A stretch of 64,000 bases of DNA from IMG/VR virus record IMGVR_UViG_3300028283_000231. One strand, 5' to 3'. Numbering within the stretch: the first letter of the stretch is position 1; every line of letters begins with the position of its first letter. The stretch comes from a virus (taxonomy: Duplodnaviria > Caudoviricetes). Under the pieces are notes generated by a model that worked only from the letters and a program-made list of their open reading frames with translations, was not told the DNA's origin and did not search any database. A program made the translations under genes and the position numbers. Below, piece by piece: positions 18,954-28,025 of this stretch.

Positions 18954-19062
18954 ATATCGATCTATTTTTTCTTTTATATATTAAATACAAAGATAATAAA
19001 ATTATTCAACATAAAAAATTACGGTTTTAAAAATTTAATATATAAAGAAAAAATCTTTAACC

Positions 19063-19272
19063 ATGAAGAATGTTTTCATTGTAGAAAAAGACGATTCTAT
19101 CGTTATTACAGGTAAAGAAGGAACTAAAACCTATAAATTAAATGGTATCTTTACACAATTTAGTGATAAGAGTAAAAATAGACCATATTATACAGAAGAA
19201 GAATATAAAGTACATCTTGAAGAATTGAAAAATAGAAAACCAGGAATAGAAACCAACGAACATAATGGATAA
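19063..19272 (+). CDS. Truncated prohead-protease-like protein (N-terminal fragment only)
   Basis: VFIVE...YKLNGIFTQF..KSKNRPYYTEEEY..HLEEL resembles the gp21-family N-terminus; ends before the GELDHP catalytic region. Confidence 0.5.
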   Translation: MKNVFIVEKDDSIVITGKEGTKTYKLNGIFTQFSDKSKNRPYYTEEEYKVHLEELKNRKPGIETNEHNG

Positions 19273-20665
19273 ATTTACTAACAAATATATAGGACACTTC
19301 GATATTCTGAAAAAATCAATACTCGGTTTCGAATTTGAATTTTACACAGATAGAAGTTACTACAAACTATTAGAACTACTTAACAGAGAACTTGCCCCTA
19401 TCAAAGTCTGGGGTAAGAGAAAATATCACTCCGACCAAGAAGTTGATGAATATAATTTCAAAATCGAACCTGATCTCTCTGGTGGTCCTAATATGGTAGA
19501 ACTTATCACTGGTCCTATGCCCTATAACAACGCTAAACTTATATTACTCAAAATTTTAAGTATATTACAAACCTACGCTAAAACTGACGATAAAACATCC
19601 ATTCACATTAATATATCTTTTGATAAAGATCTTAGTGATAAGACACTAGATCACCTTAATAAACTTAAACTCATCTTAAATACAGATGAAGAACTCATTT
19701 TTAAATTCTTCCCAACAAGAAAAGATAACTTCTACTCAAAAAGTGTGAAAAGACTTATTCCATTCAAAGGATACGACTACGTTAATGATGCTATTAATAT
19801 TCTTGTAAACAATATACAATTACCTGATACTAAATATTATGGTATAAATATCAAGGAAGCGTATAACGGACGTCTTGAATTTAGATATATTGGTGATAAA
19901 GATTACCAGTTCAAAACCAGAGAGATAATGGAATTAATGGATTATTTTATTTCATTGACTTGGAATAGTATAGATGAAGAACTTGACGACGAAGATATCG
20001 AGAAGTTAAGAAAATTCTTGGAAGAAAATATAAATAATTTCAAGAACTTTACTAAACTCGAAAATTTTATAGCTGAATTTCCTACAATCCAACTGGAGGT
20101 GGATAAAGATGAAAGTTTTGTAGTCGTAAAATCTTATTATTCGAATATATACACAAAGATATATGATTTAGTAAAGAACATTTACAATTTGAATAACTGT
20201 TTAATAAATTGGGACACTGATAGTAAGATGTTGGAGTTGGTAGATGCTGATTTTCAGACTATATTTGATTTAAGTAATATAGGTATTATAGACAGTAATG
20301 CTGGTGGAGGAACTTATAATAATTGTACTTTTATAAACTGCGAGGTTAAAAATGCTCATTTACATAATTGTACTTTATTGAGTTGTGATGTTTATAATTG
20401 TAAGATGGAGAACACTGATGTGGATCAATCTTGTGTGTTAAAAAATTGTTATTTCTACGGTGGTAAGATGGATGGCGAATTTGTTTCTGGCGTCTTCCGT
20501 TCAGGAAAAGTTGGTGAATTCGGGGTGGTTTCCGATGACGTGAGAATAGTAACAGATATGGATAGTTACTTTAATACTTCCATTGAACAGGAAAATCCAG
20601 AACAGAAGAAAGGTGTATCTAAACCGAAGAAACTTAACCCTTATAACAATCCAAGAAAATTTTAA
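19265..20665 (+). CDS. Putative amidoligase (COOH-NH2 ligase type) with C-terminal beta-helix-like repeats
   Basis: LGFEFEF; EPDLS....VELIT; SIHINIS; KYYGIN; RLEFR; C-terminal xxNC pentad-like repeats. Confidence 0.7.
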   Translation: MDKFTNKYIGHFDILKKSILGFEFEFYTDRSYYKLLELLNRELAPIKVWGKRKYHSDQEVDEYNFKIEPDLSGGPNMVELITGPMPYNNAKLILLKILSILQTYAKTDDKTSIHINISFDKDLSDKTLDHLNKLKLILNTDEELIFKFFPTRKDNFYSKSVKRLIPFKGYDYVNDAINILVNNIQLPDTKYYGINIKEAYNGRLEFRYIGDKDYQFKTREIMELMDYFISLTWNSIDEELDDEDIEKLRKFLEENINNFKNFTKLENFIAEFPTIQLEVDKDESFVVVKSYYSNIYTKIYDLVKNIYNLNNCLINWDTDSKMLELVDADFQTIFDLSNIGIIDSNAGGGTYNNCTFINCEVKNAHLHNCTLLSCDVYNCKMENTDVDQSCVLKNCYFYGGKMDGEFVSGVFRSGKVGEFGVVSDDVRIVTDMDSYFNTSIEQENPEQKKGVSKPKKLNPYNNPRKF

Positions 20666-21530
20666 ATTCGGAATAATTTTTATCTATTATAAATAAAAAT
20701 TTATGTCCTCTGTTTAAACAAGATTTCTGTTTTTCTAAATTTTTATTTATATCTAATTCGTACCATATTTTACTTTTTATCTCTATGATCAAATTATACT
20801 GAGGTAAATAGAAATCTGGGTAATATTTTCTGATTTTATCATTTAATTTGTAGTCAATTGAAAATCCTCTTTCTATTTGAAAATAATTATAAAAATTATC
20901 TAGAAAGTCCTTTTCATATGATGATTGATAATATAAATCTGTATTTTTATATTTGTTTTCTTTACGAAGCGATCTAAATCTAGATTGCATCATTTTTTCT
21001 TTTACAAATTCATTATTTAATGGATTTTCACATCCATATCTTTGTAAATTTGTTATTTTAATTTTATTTTTAACCCCTTCACATTGAAAAACATTTTCAC
21101 AATCATATTTCACAATATTTGTGTTATTTCTTTTTTCTATAACTATGGGACTTGATAATCCCCAGTCGGTGCCCCAATGTTTTCTATTAGTTTCAATTTT
21201 TTTATTTTTTATTTCTCTGGATTTAGACACGTTATCAACATTATATCTATCCATAATAGTGTTCTTAGATTTCAATTTAATATCATCATTTTCAAATACG
21301 TTTTTACAACCATATCTTTCTAAATTAGTTTTATCTATTTTCACTGTTTTACATTTCACACAAGTACATATCTCCCCTTTTTGTATATACGACATGTACC
21401 TCCTATATTCCATTTTATAATGTTTTCTACAAATATCACATATTACTTCAACTTCAATATGACTACCAACTGATAAGTCTGAGACATTTATTTCTTTTCC
21501 CCTAAATTTAACTTTTTCTGTTATTATCAT
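20634..21530 (-). CDS. Putative homing endonuclease, same family as 14679..15587
   Basis: CDIC..CVKC; RYGCxN repeats; YYPDFYL....IEIKS. Confidence 0.7.
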   Translation of the reverse strand: MIITEKVKFRGKEINVSDLSVGSHIEVEVICDICRKHYKMEYRRYMSYIQKGEICTCVKCKTVKIDKTNLERYGCKNVFENDDIKLKSKNTIMDRYNVDNVSKSREIKNKKIETNRKHWGTDWGLSSPIVIEKRNNTNIVKYDCENVFQCEGVKNKIKITNLQRYGCENPLNNEFVKEKMMQSRFRSLRKENKYKNTDLYYQSSYEKDFLDNFYNYFQIERGFSIDYKLNDKIRKYYPDFYLPQYNLIIEIKSKIWYELDINKNLEKQKSCLNRGHKFLFIIDKNYSEFKIFLDCYKG

Positions 21531-21759
21531 AACTTTATATATTTCTTTTACATAGGTATATATAAAAATATTTTAGTCATATTTTTCTACTTTTTCTACA
21601 AAATGGAAAAATATGACTTTTTTAACTTAATATATACGATTAAAAACAACATGGAAGAAATTACTTATAAGATAGAGATTATTGAACCTTTAACATTTGA
21701 TGTTAAATTTGGTAAACCTTTTTATAATTTTAGTATAGATATAATAAAAATTAAAGACA

Positions 21760-21939
21760 ATGGCAGCGAAGAAGAAGAATGTAAAAGTCTTTTTTACAAT
21801 GGATGAAGAAATTTACAAAGATTTCGAAAAATATATAGAAGAGAATATTATTGATAAATCAAAGCTTTTAGAGAAGTTGATTATTAAGTATTTAGAAGAA
21901 AACAAAAAAATAATAAAACAATATGGATCCAATATTTAA
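21760..21939 (+). CDS. Ribbon-helix-helix DNA-binding protein (59 aa, not in ORF track)
   Basis: MAAKKKNVKVFFTMDEEIYKDFEKYIEENIIDKSKLLEKLIIKYLEEN: beta-strand then two helices. Confidence 0.6.
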   Translation: MAAKKKNVKVFFTMDEEIYKDFEKYIEENIIDKSKLLEKLIIKYLEENKKIIKQYGSNI

Positions 21940-22544
21940 ATGGACTGGTGGAAAAAGAAAAGAAATAAAAACGTTTGGAAAATATTATCCAGATTTTGTT
22001 AAGAATAAAGAAAAGTATCTATATGTAGAACCGTTCTTTGGAGGAGGAGCAGTTTATTGGGATTTGGAAAATGATATGAACATTATAAATGACGTGGATT
22101 TTGATCTTATAAGTTTTCTAATGACATTAAAAAAACAACCTGATGAGATATCATCTATTATAGATGATATTGTTCCTAAAATTGAAGATATAACAAATAA
22201 GGAGAAACAAGGTATTATAGATTGAAATATTTTCTGGTAATTATAAAGATATTATGATTAATAATGATAACGATAATGTCTTTATGTATTTAGATCCACC
22301 ATATACTAGGGATTTTAAAGAATATAGTCACGGTAATGTTTTCGATGATGATTCACAAAAAGAATTATCAAAAGTCTTTAAAAGTATCAAAAAAGGAAAA
22401 GTAATGTTGATAATCAATAAAGACGAATTCACAACATCACTTTATAAAGATTACATTAAAGATGAATATGATTTAAAATATGCTACTAATATAAAGAATA
22501 GATATGATAATAATGTTAAACATTTAATAATAACTAATTATTAA
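21923..22544 (+). pseudogene. dam: Dam-family methyltransferase with internal deletion and frame break
   Basis: KWTGGK and EPFFGGG in the first part; DPPY in the second part in another frame; central target-recognition region is missing. Confidence 0.75.
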
Positions 22545-22884
22545 ATGGTATTCAATTTTTTGGATATTACTGAGAGAACTCTTTTAATATTTTCTTCTTG
22601 ATCAACTTTCTTAATATTTGCTATATGATCGAAATCTAAATCAAGAATTTTCGAAATTTCTCTACCTGTTCTTAACGAGAAATCTTTTCTATTTGTTTTA
22701 ATAGATGAATATTTTAAATCTGAACATCTCCATAAAACTAATCCGAAATCAACGTCTTTGAATCTTTATTGCCATTCCAACTATCACAGAGTCCGGTGAC
22801 ATGTAACATGTTTGTTACTGAGTTGTAATCTCCCCTCATTCCTGTGTTTAGAACTATTTTAATTCCACCTAATATTGTAGCCAT
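22541..22884 (-). pseudogene. Hypothetical gene with a 1-nt frameshift near 22766
   Basis: MATILGG...WNGNK continues as (R)FKDVDFGL...KLNTI* if one A is restored; span 344 nt. Confidence 0.5.
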
Positions 22885-22968
22885 TTTTTTTTATTTTTTA
22901 AATTTTTACAAATATACTAAAATTATTTAAATTAAAAAACTTAATTCATCATTTTAATATATAGGATT

Positions 22969-23637
22969 ATGATAAAAGTATTTGAACAGTTTAATGAAAA
23001 TGATCCTTATGGCGAAGAAAATTGGGATATTCCAATAACTTTGGATAATTATTTAGAAATTATTAGAAATAATATAGATGGAGATGCTACAATAAAAGAA
23101 ACGAGAATAGGATTGCATTTTGTAGAATTTGATATAATGAATAATCTTCCTAATAATATTAAAAAGAAACTAACTTTTCATTTACATCATATTGGTGGAG
23201 GTATATTTGGATTATTATTAATAAACGACAATAGTGAAATAAATTTAGATCCAATTGGACCAGATGATATTTTTAGTGATTTAGATGAAAAGATTGATAA
23301 ATTGATCCACTGTTTTTTTTATGAACCAAGTGACCCTTTCAAAGTAAAAAAAATATTTGAACAATTTAATGAGAATGATCCTTATAATGAAGAAGAATGG
23401 GGAGATAATGAAGAATTTGAGAAAGATGATTTATTAATAGCTAAAAAAAGTCAATTCAAAAGAAGAAAGTCTGGTATAGTTGAACGTATTGTTCAAGGTG
23501 AAATATATAGAGTAAGAAATGTTATTTATGCTGGCGGTTCAGGAACAAAATATCATACTATAATCGTCCCAGGTATCCTTACTCCAGTTGCCGTTTTTGG
23601 TATTGAACAAATGAAAGAATTTTTTGAAAAAAAGTAA
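22969..23637 (+). CDS. CTS-like protein with duplicated FEQFNENDPYxEExW motif
   Basis: Motif at the N-terminus and again near residue 128. Confidence 0.75.
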   Translation: MIKVFEQFNENDPYGEENWDIPITLDNYLEIIRNNIDGDATIKETRIGLHFVEFDIMNNLPNNIKKKLTFHLHHIGGGIFGLLLINDNSEINLDPIGPDDIFSDLDEKIDKLIHCFFYEPSDPFKVKKIFEQFNENDPYNEEEWGDNEEFEKDDLLIAKKSQFKRRKSGIVERIVQGEIYRVRNVIYAGGSGTKYHTIIVPGILTPVAVFGIEQMKEFFEKK

Positions 23638-23645
23638 AATAAAAT

Positions 23646-23927
23646 ATGGCATCAGTAAAAGAATGTTTAAGAAGATTAACAGAGCAGAATATAGATATGA
23701 GCGTTAATAAGCACGTTAAATACCTTATAGAAAACGTAGAAGAACCACAACTTCTATTTAAATTATCTTCTCACTCTGGTATAAAGATAGATAATAATAT
23801 AATTAATCTATGGTACAATCCAGGTGTGGGTTTCCAATGTGATAATATGTTCAGAGAACGTTACGGAAGATTACCTCTTTGTAATTATATTGAAAGGTTC
23901 CTTAACGAAGAAATAAGAAAACTTTAA
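23646..23927 (+). CDS. Hypothetical protein
   Basis: 93-aa ORF. Confidence 0.7.
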   Translation: MASVKECLRRLTEQNIDMSVNKHVKYLIENVEEPQLLFKLSSHSGIKIDNNIINLWYNPGVGFQCDNMFRERYGRLPLCNYIERFLNEEIRKL

Positions 23928-23967
23928 CCTCCTCTTTATTAATATATAGGAAGAAAACAGGTTAAAT

Positions 23968-24263
23968 TTGTCCCCAATATTCAAGTGTGTTTTAATGAGT
24001 GGTTCAACTGTTCTTCATTTAACTGAAATGGAGGAAGTTACTACTGGTAAAACTGCTGTAGAGCATAATGTTTATTTAACAGATCCAAGTATAGTATATA
24101 CTGAATGTGCAGACACAGGTCCTTATTTTGCGTCAACTGGAGTAAAGCAGTTATAACAAACACTGCAGATCCGTTGAATAATTGGCAATTATTCAACGGA
24201 CTAGACTCAAATGGTTATCCCACAGCAACTTGGCCAGTTACTCCTATTTATAGTATTCCTTAA
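23968..24263 (+). pseudogene. Hypothetical gene with a 1-nt frameshift near 24140
   Basis: ...YFASTG continues as SKAVITNTADPLNNWQ...YSIP* if one base is restored; span 296 nt. Confidence 0.45.
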
Positions 24264-24991
24264 CCTCTTGTTGAGGTTGTATTTATTGCTTCACGTGTGT
24301 CCCACCAGTTAGGTTCATCTGGTGGCATTTCCCTGGAAACTTCAACTGGTTCTTCTATCACTTGATCCCCCATGTCTTCAATCTCTCGTGTATCGTAACC
24401 AACAGTATCATATCTTTGGGATACTTTCAATTTGGCTTCAGCGTATGGGTTTTTTGAAGACTTCTTTGGTTTATCCTGTTCAAATCCCTTAAAATCCTTG
24501 AATTTTTCCCTGAATTCTGAAAATTCGTTTTCAAATACGTCAATAGGAATCTGGTGAGTTAAGTCAGGATAAAGTTTAATTTGTGCGTCTTCATATTTAA
24601 AATCTTTCAACATTTTGATACACCTCTTAACATCTACTTCTTCGTCTTTCACGGAAAAAATAAACTGTTTCTGGTAATCATCATTGTTAGTGGAATTACT
24701 ATTGGGTTTAAGTTCTCCACCACTTTTCGAGAAAAAAGCTGGATTAATCAATAAGGCTGGACAACGAACAATATTGGAGATATGAAATCCCAAATATCCA
24801 CCAAGAGAAGTACCTACTATTAAAGTAGGATTGTTACTACCAAATAATTCGTTGGCATAGGAACTAATCAAGTTTCTGTGATTAGTATAATCGATATCGG
24901 GGAAATATACTTCGTCACCAAACTTTGAAAGTATTTTATACTTGGCGTCGTTAAAATGTCCACCCCAACCGTGAAAATAAGCTATTCTCAT
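24260..24991 (-). CDS. Alpha/beta hydrolase, YqiA/UPF0227 esterase-like
   Basis: YFHGWG; nucleophile GTSLGG; LINPA; terminal H in LTHQ. Confidence 0.85.
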   Translation of the reverse strand: MRIAYFHGWGGHFNDAKYKILSKFGDEVYFPDIDYTNHRNLISSYANELFGSNNPTLIVGTSLGGYLGFHISNIVRCPALLINPAFFSKSGGELKPNSNSTNNDDYQKQFIFSVKDEEVDVKRCIKMLKDFKYEDAQIKLYPDLTHQIPIDVFENEFSEFREKFKDFKGFEQDKPKKSSKNPYAEAKLKVSQRYDTVGYDTREIEDMGDQVIEEPVEVSREMPPDEPNWWDTREAINTTSTRG

Positions 24992-25000
24992 ATTGTGTTT

Positions 25001-25255
25001 TTAAATTTTATTAAGGATTGAATCTACTGTACCTAAATCGTAATCTGAAAGAGAGTTAAACCAATCATCTTCACAATCATCAAGAGACACTCCGCATTTC
25101 TTATCTGACCTTCCGTTCTTTAACAGAGGGTAAACCATTTTAGTTTTCGAATCGATTGAACAACCAACAGAATTTAATTTGTAAACCATATCTTTTTGTT
25201 TTAAACTGTTAATATCGGACGAGTTACCGAGTGCTTCTCTGGGGAGGGCTCTCAC
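25001..25255 (-). CDS. Hypothetical protein (true start probably MVYKL)
   Basis: C-terminal 63 aa look protein-like; the 5' extension is GC-richer and structured. Confidence 0.55.
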   Translation of the reverse strand: MRALPREALGNSSDINSLKQKDMVYKLNSVGCSIDSKTKMVYPLLKNGRSDKKCGVSLDDCEDDWFNSLSDYDLGTVDSILNKI

Positions 25256-25279
25256 CCCTATCGTTACAACGTCATATTT

Positions 25280-25453
25280 TTAGAAAACAACTTTTTTGTT
25301 ATCTTTTCTGTTATAAGCTTTCTTGTTTTTGAAAACTTTGTGGGTTGCAACAAAACCATTACCTAACCCCATTTCTCTATCGGCAATTTTCACGGCTTTG
25401 ATGTAATCCATTACACCGAAGGTGACTTTGTTGGTATTTTTAGTGTTTTTCAT
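25280..25453 (-). CDS. Small basic protein (57 aa, not in ORF track)
   Basis: MKNTKNTNKVTFGVMDYIKAVKIADREMGLGNGFVATHKVFKNKKAYNRKDNKKVVF; host-type promoter upstream. Confidence 0.65.
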   Translation of the reverse strand: MKNTKNTNKVTFGVMDYIKAVKIADREMGLGNGFVATHKVFKNKKAYNRKDNKKVVF

Positions 25454-25484
25454 TGTCGTAAGTTTTTTAATAGGGTTATTGTCT

Positions 25485-25507
25485 TAATTTGATAACACAA
25501 AGATACG
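25485..25507 (-). promoter_or_regulatory. Bacteroidota-type TAnnTTTG promoter
   Basis: Minus strand CGTATCTTTGTGTTATCAAATTA; other TAnnTTTG sites at 18988-18995(-), 26679-26686(-), 55376-55383(+), 62502-62509(+). Confidence 0.6.
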
Positions 25508-25608
25508 ACAATCCCGTTAGATAAAAAAATAATTTGAAAAATTTTCAAACTTTTTATTTCACCGTAATCCCTTATATATATGAAAAATTTATTTGTTTTT
25601 TTCTATTT

Positions 25609-26676
25609 TTATCTCGCCCACCTTGGCGTTCCAATAGGTCCCTCCTTTGGTTTAGATTTAGGCTTCTTACCCTTTTCTGATATAGTATGAACTTTATACA
25701 TCAGATCATTTAACTCTTCTATCGACGTTGCTTTCTTACAATCTTCGTAAGCGTCATAAACCTCAGCAAACCTGTCTTCCCAGTCTATTGAATTAGGCAT
25801 TTCCCTTATCATGCCTTTAATTGCATCCAATGTGTATCTCCTGTAATCCTCTAAATCATTAGCCACAAGAAGTTCATGACTCTTTGGTTTCTCTTCAATA
25901 ATTTTATTAAAATCTATTAAATCATTAATACTTGGTCGAGTGAGGAACGGTGATTCAAATTTTCTGCCTAGATATTTCTTATTTAATTTTTGAATAAGAG
26001 CAATAAGTGCTGGATATTCTTTTAGAGATATACTTCTGATTACTGTTGTATTATGTGATATATTGCCAGTTTTATTTTCAGTTTTGAGTAGCACTCTAAG
26101 TATATTATCTTCTTTAATCTCTGATTCGTCGCAAGATCTAACAGAAAAAACCATCCCTTTAAGTTTTGTTAAAGCGTGTTTACAAATGAAAGTAGCAACG
26201 TGCTTATCATGATAAGTATCTTCCCAGTTTAACTTACCTTCTTCTGTATGTTTAGTGAGCAGGGACAAGAGTTTCAGATTTTTTAATTTCTCTGAACGTT
26301 CTTTGCCTTCTGCGTCGTTTGTAAAAAATTCGTTCAAAACGCTTTCATTTAAATACTTAACATCTCCATCTCTGTGTTTTTTATTAAGAGCGTCAATGAG
26401 ATCGTAAAGTAAAGGTTGAGTTCTAATTGTTAAAAGTGATACTAATGTTTCTAATTTGTTTTCACCAGTGGGGCCAAATGTTATAGATAAATCAGATTGA
26501 TACTTCTCTCTTTTTGATGTTACTGTGAATATAAGATTCTTTTTATCTGTGACTTTTTTAATGTATTTGAAAACTAATTTATCACTAGTCTCAATAGTAT
26601 TCCACCACCTAATCTCTCTCGATTCAGTCTTTAATAGTAACTCTCTTACAACCTGTCTAGTATTTTCAATTGGCAT
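25609..26676 (-). CDS. Protein with two copies of a repeated phage domain (LL..L...T....I.W)
   Basis: Internal duplication; related domains in 43792, 44637 and 61701. Confidence 0.75.
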   Translation of the reverse strand: MPIENTRQVVRELLLKTESREIRWWNTIETSDKLVFKYIKKVTDKKNLIFTVTSKREKYQSDLSITFGPTGENKLETLVSLLTIRTQPLLYDLIDALNKKHRDGDVKYLNESVLNEFFTNDAEGKERSEKLKNLKLLSLLTKHTEEGKLNWEDTYHDKHVATFICKHALTKLKGMVFSVRSCDESEIKEDNILRVLLKTENKTGNISHNTTVIRSISLKEYPALIALIQKLNKKYLGRKFESPFLTRPSINDLIDFNKIIEEKPKSHELLVANDLEDYRRYTLDAIKGMIREMPNSIDWEDRFAEVYDAYEDCKKATSIEELNDLMYKVHTISEKGKKPKSKPKEGPIGTPRWAR

Positions 26677-26812
26677 AGCAAAGATATATGTGAACTATTT
26701 TTCAATTATATATTAAAATATAATATTCAAATATCAACTTTCATAGACTCATCTATTGATGACGCCTCCAGTTGTTTTTGTTTATAGACCGATTGCATTC
26801 CACAACCAGTCT
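26670..26812 (-). ncRNA. Putative TnpB reRNA (omega RNA) scaffold plus guide
   Basis: Overlaps the tnpB 3' end (GGAATGCAATCGG...GAGGCG...GAGTCTATGA) through TAGTTCAC; flanking guide would be ATATATCTTTGCTATGCCAA. Confidence 0.5.
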
Positions 26813-27990
26813 CAAGTTCTTTTAAGAAATATTGATAACCTATATTTCTTATATTTATTGATGCGTTATAATCTCTATCATGTTTCGTTCCACACCTAGG
26901 ACATAACCATTCTCTAATATCAAGAGTTAAATTTTGATTTATCCATCCACATTTCGAACACATTTTACTACTTGGGAACCATCTATTTATATAAACTATA
27001 TTTCTCCCATACCATTTAGCTTTATATTCCAAGAAATTAGTAAATTTACTCCAAGAAACATCTGAAATCGATTGCGCCAATTTATGATTTTTCATAATCC
27101 CTTCCACATTAAGATCTTCAAGACATATAACTTGGTTTTCGTTAATAAGTCTTATAGACAATTGATGTAGAAAATTTAATCTCTTGTTCTTTATTTTTTC
27201 ATGTAAAGATACAAAATTTAATCTTTTATTATAATATTTTTTAGATTTTTTATTTTTTATTTTTGATAATTTTTTTTGTCTATATTTTATTTTTTTTAAA
27301 CTTTTTTTGAGAAATTTAGGGTTTTCAATTATTTGTTTATCAGATATCACTGCAAAATTTTTAACTCCTAAATCTATCCCTATCACATTATTATTTTTTA
27401 TTAATTCATTTATAAATACTTTCATATTTAGTGATATAAACCATTTTCCATTTGAATTTTTAGATATGTTTAAAGATATTATATCGCCTTCAATTTTTCT
27501 ATGGGGGTTGAATCTAATACCATCCTTAAACTTAGGAAAAGATATCTTATTTTCTTGAACTTTTATAGATATGTATCCATTCACGCTTTGTTGAGGAGAT
27601 TTAAAAGACCCCCCATTTTTTTTAGATTTAAATTTAGGAAAACGATTTTGCTTTCTGAAAAATCGGAGATATGCTGCGTCTAAATTTTTTAAAGACCATT
27701 GTATTGATTGACTATTTACTTCATTTAGCCAATCGTATCTCTCATCTTTTTTCAATTCTGTTAACATTTTCGATGTTTGAATATATGAAATGTTATCTTT
27801 TGAACTTAAATATCTGTCTTTTTTAAGATTTAAAAAATAATTATATATGAATCTAACACACCCTATATGTTTATTCAGAACAATTTCTTGTTCTTTAGTT
27901 GGATATAATCTAAATTTATAAGATTTTATAATCTCTTTCATTGAAAATATCTTAATCTTTATTATTATATATAATAATAAAAAAGTCATT
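26690..27990 (-). mobile_element. IS200/IS605-family TnpB-only element (left end not defined)
   Basis: tnpB ORF; right end ...TAGTTCAC at 26690-26697 preceded by an AT-rich hairpin; no tnpA; 24-bp palindrome at 27958-27981 upstream. Confidence 0.7.
26727..27941 (-). CDS. tnpB: RNA-guided endonuclease TnpB
   Basis: HTH YKFRLYPTKEQ; RuvC-I GIDLG, RuvC-II LEDL, Zn finger SSKMCSKCG..CPRCG, RuvC-III DRDYNA. Confidence 0.93.
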   Translation of the reverse strand: MKEIIKSYKFRLYPTKEQEIVLNKHIGCVRFIYNYFLNLKKDRYLSSKDNISYIQTSKMLTELKKDERYDWLNEVNSQSIQWSLKNLDAAYLRFFRKQNRFPKFKSKKNGGSFKSPQQSVNGYISIKVQENKISFPKFKDGIRFNPHRKIEGDIISLNISKNSNGKWFISLNMKVFINELIKNNNVIGIDLGVKNFAVISDKQIIENPKFLKKSLKKIKYRQKKLSKIKNKKSKKYYNKRLNFVSLHEKIKNKRLNFLHQLSIRLINENQVICLEDLNVEGIMKNHKLAQSISDVSWSKFTNFLEYKAKWYGRNIVYINRWFPSSKMCSKCGWINQNLTLDIREWLCPRCGTKHDRDYNASINIRNIGYQYFLKELETGCGMQSVYKQKQLEASSIDESMKVDI

Positions 27991-28025
27991 TTTATCCATT
28001 TAGAATAAAAAAGTAAAAATAATTG

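Noticed and set aside
25195-25275. Hairpins AGGG-GTGAGAG-CCCT and TCGG..CCGA in a GC-richer minus-strand spacer
   Set aside because: Stems are only 4 bp; not enough to call an RNA element
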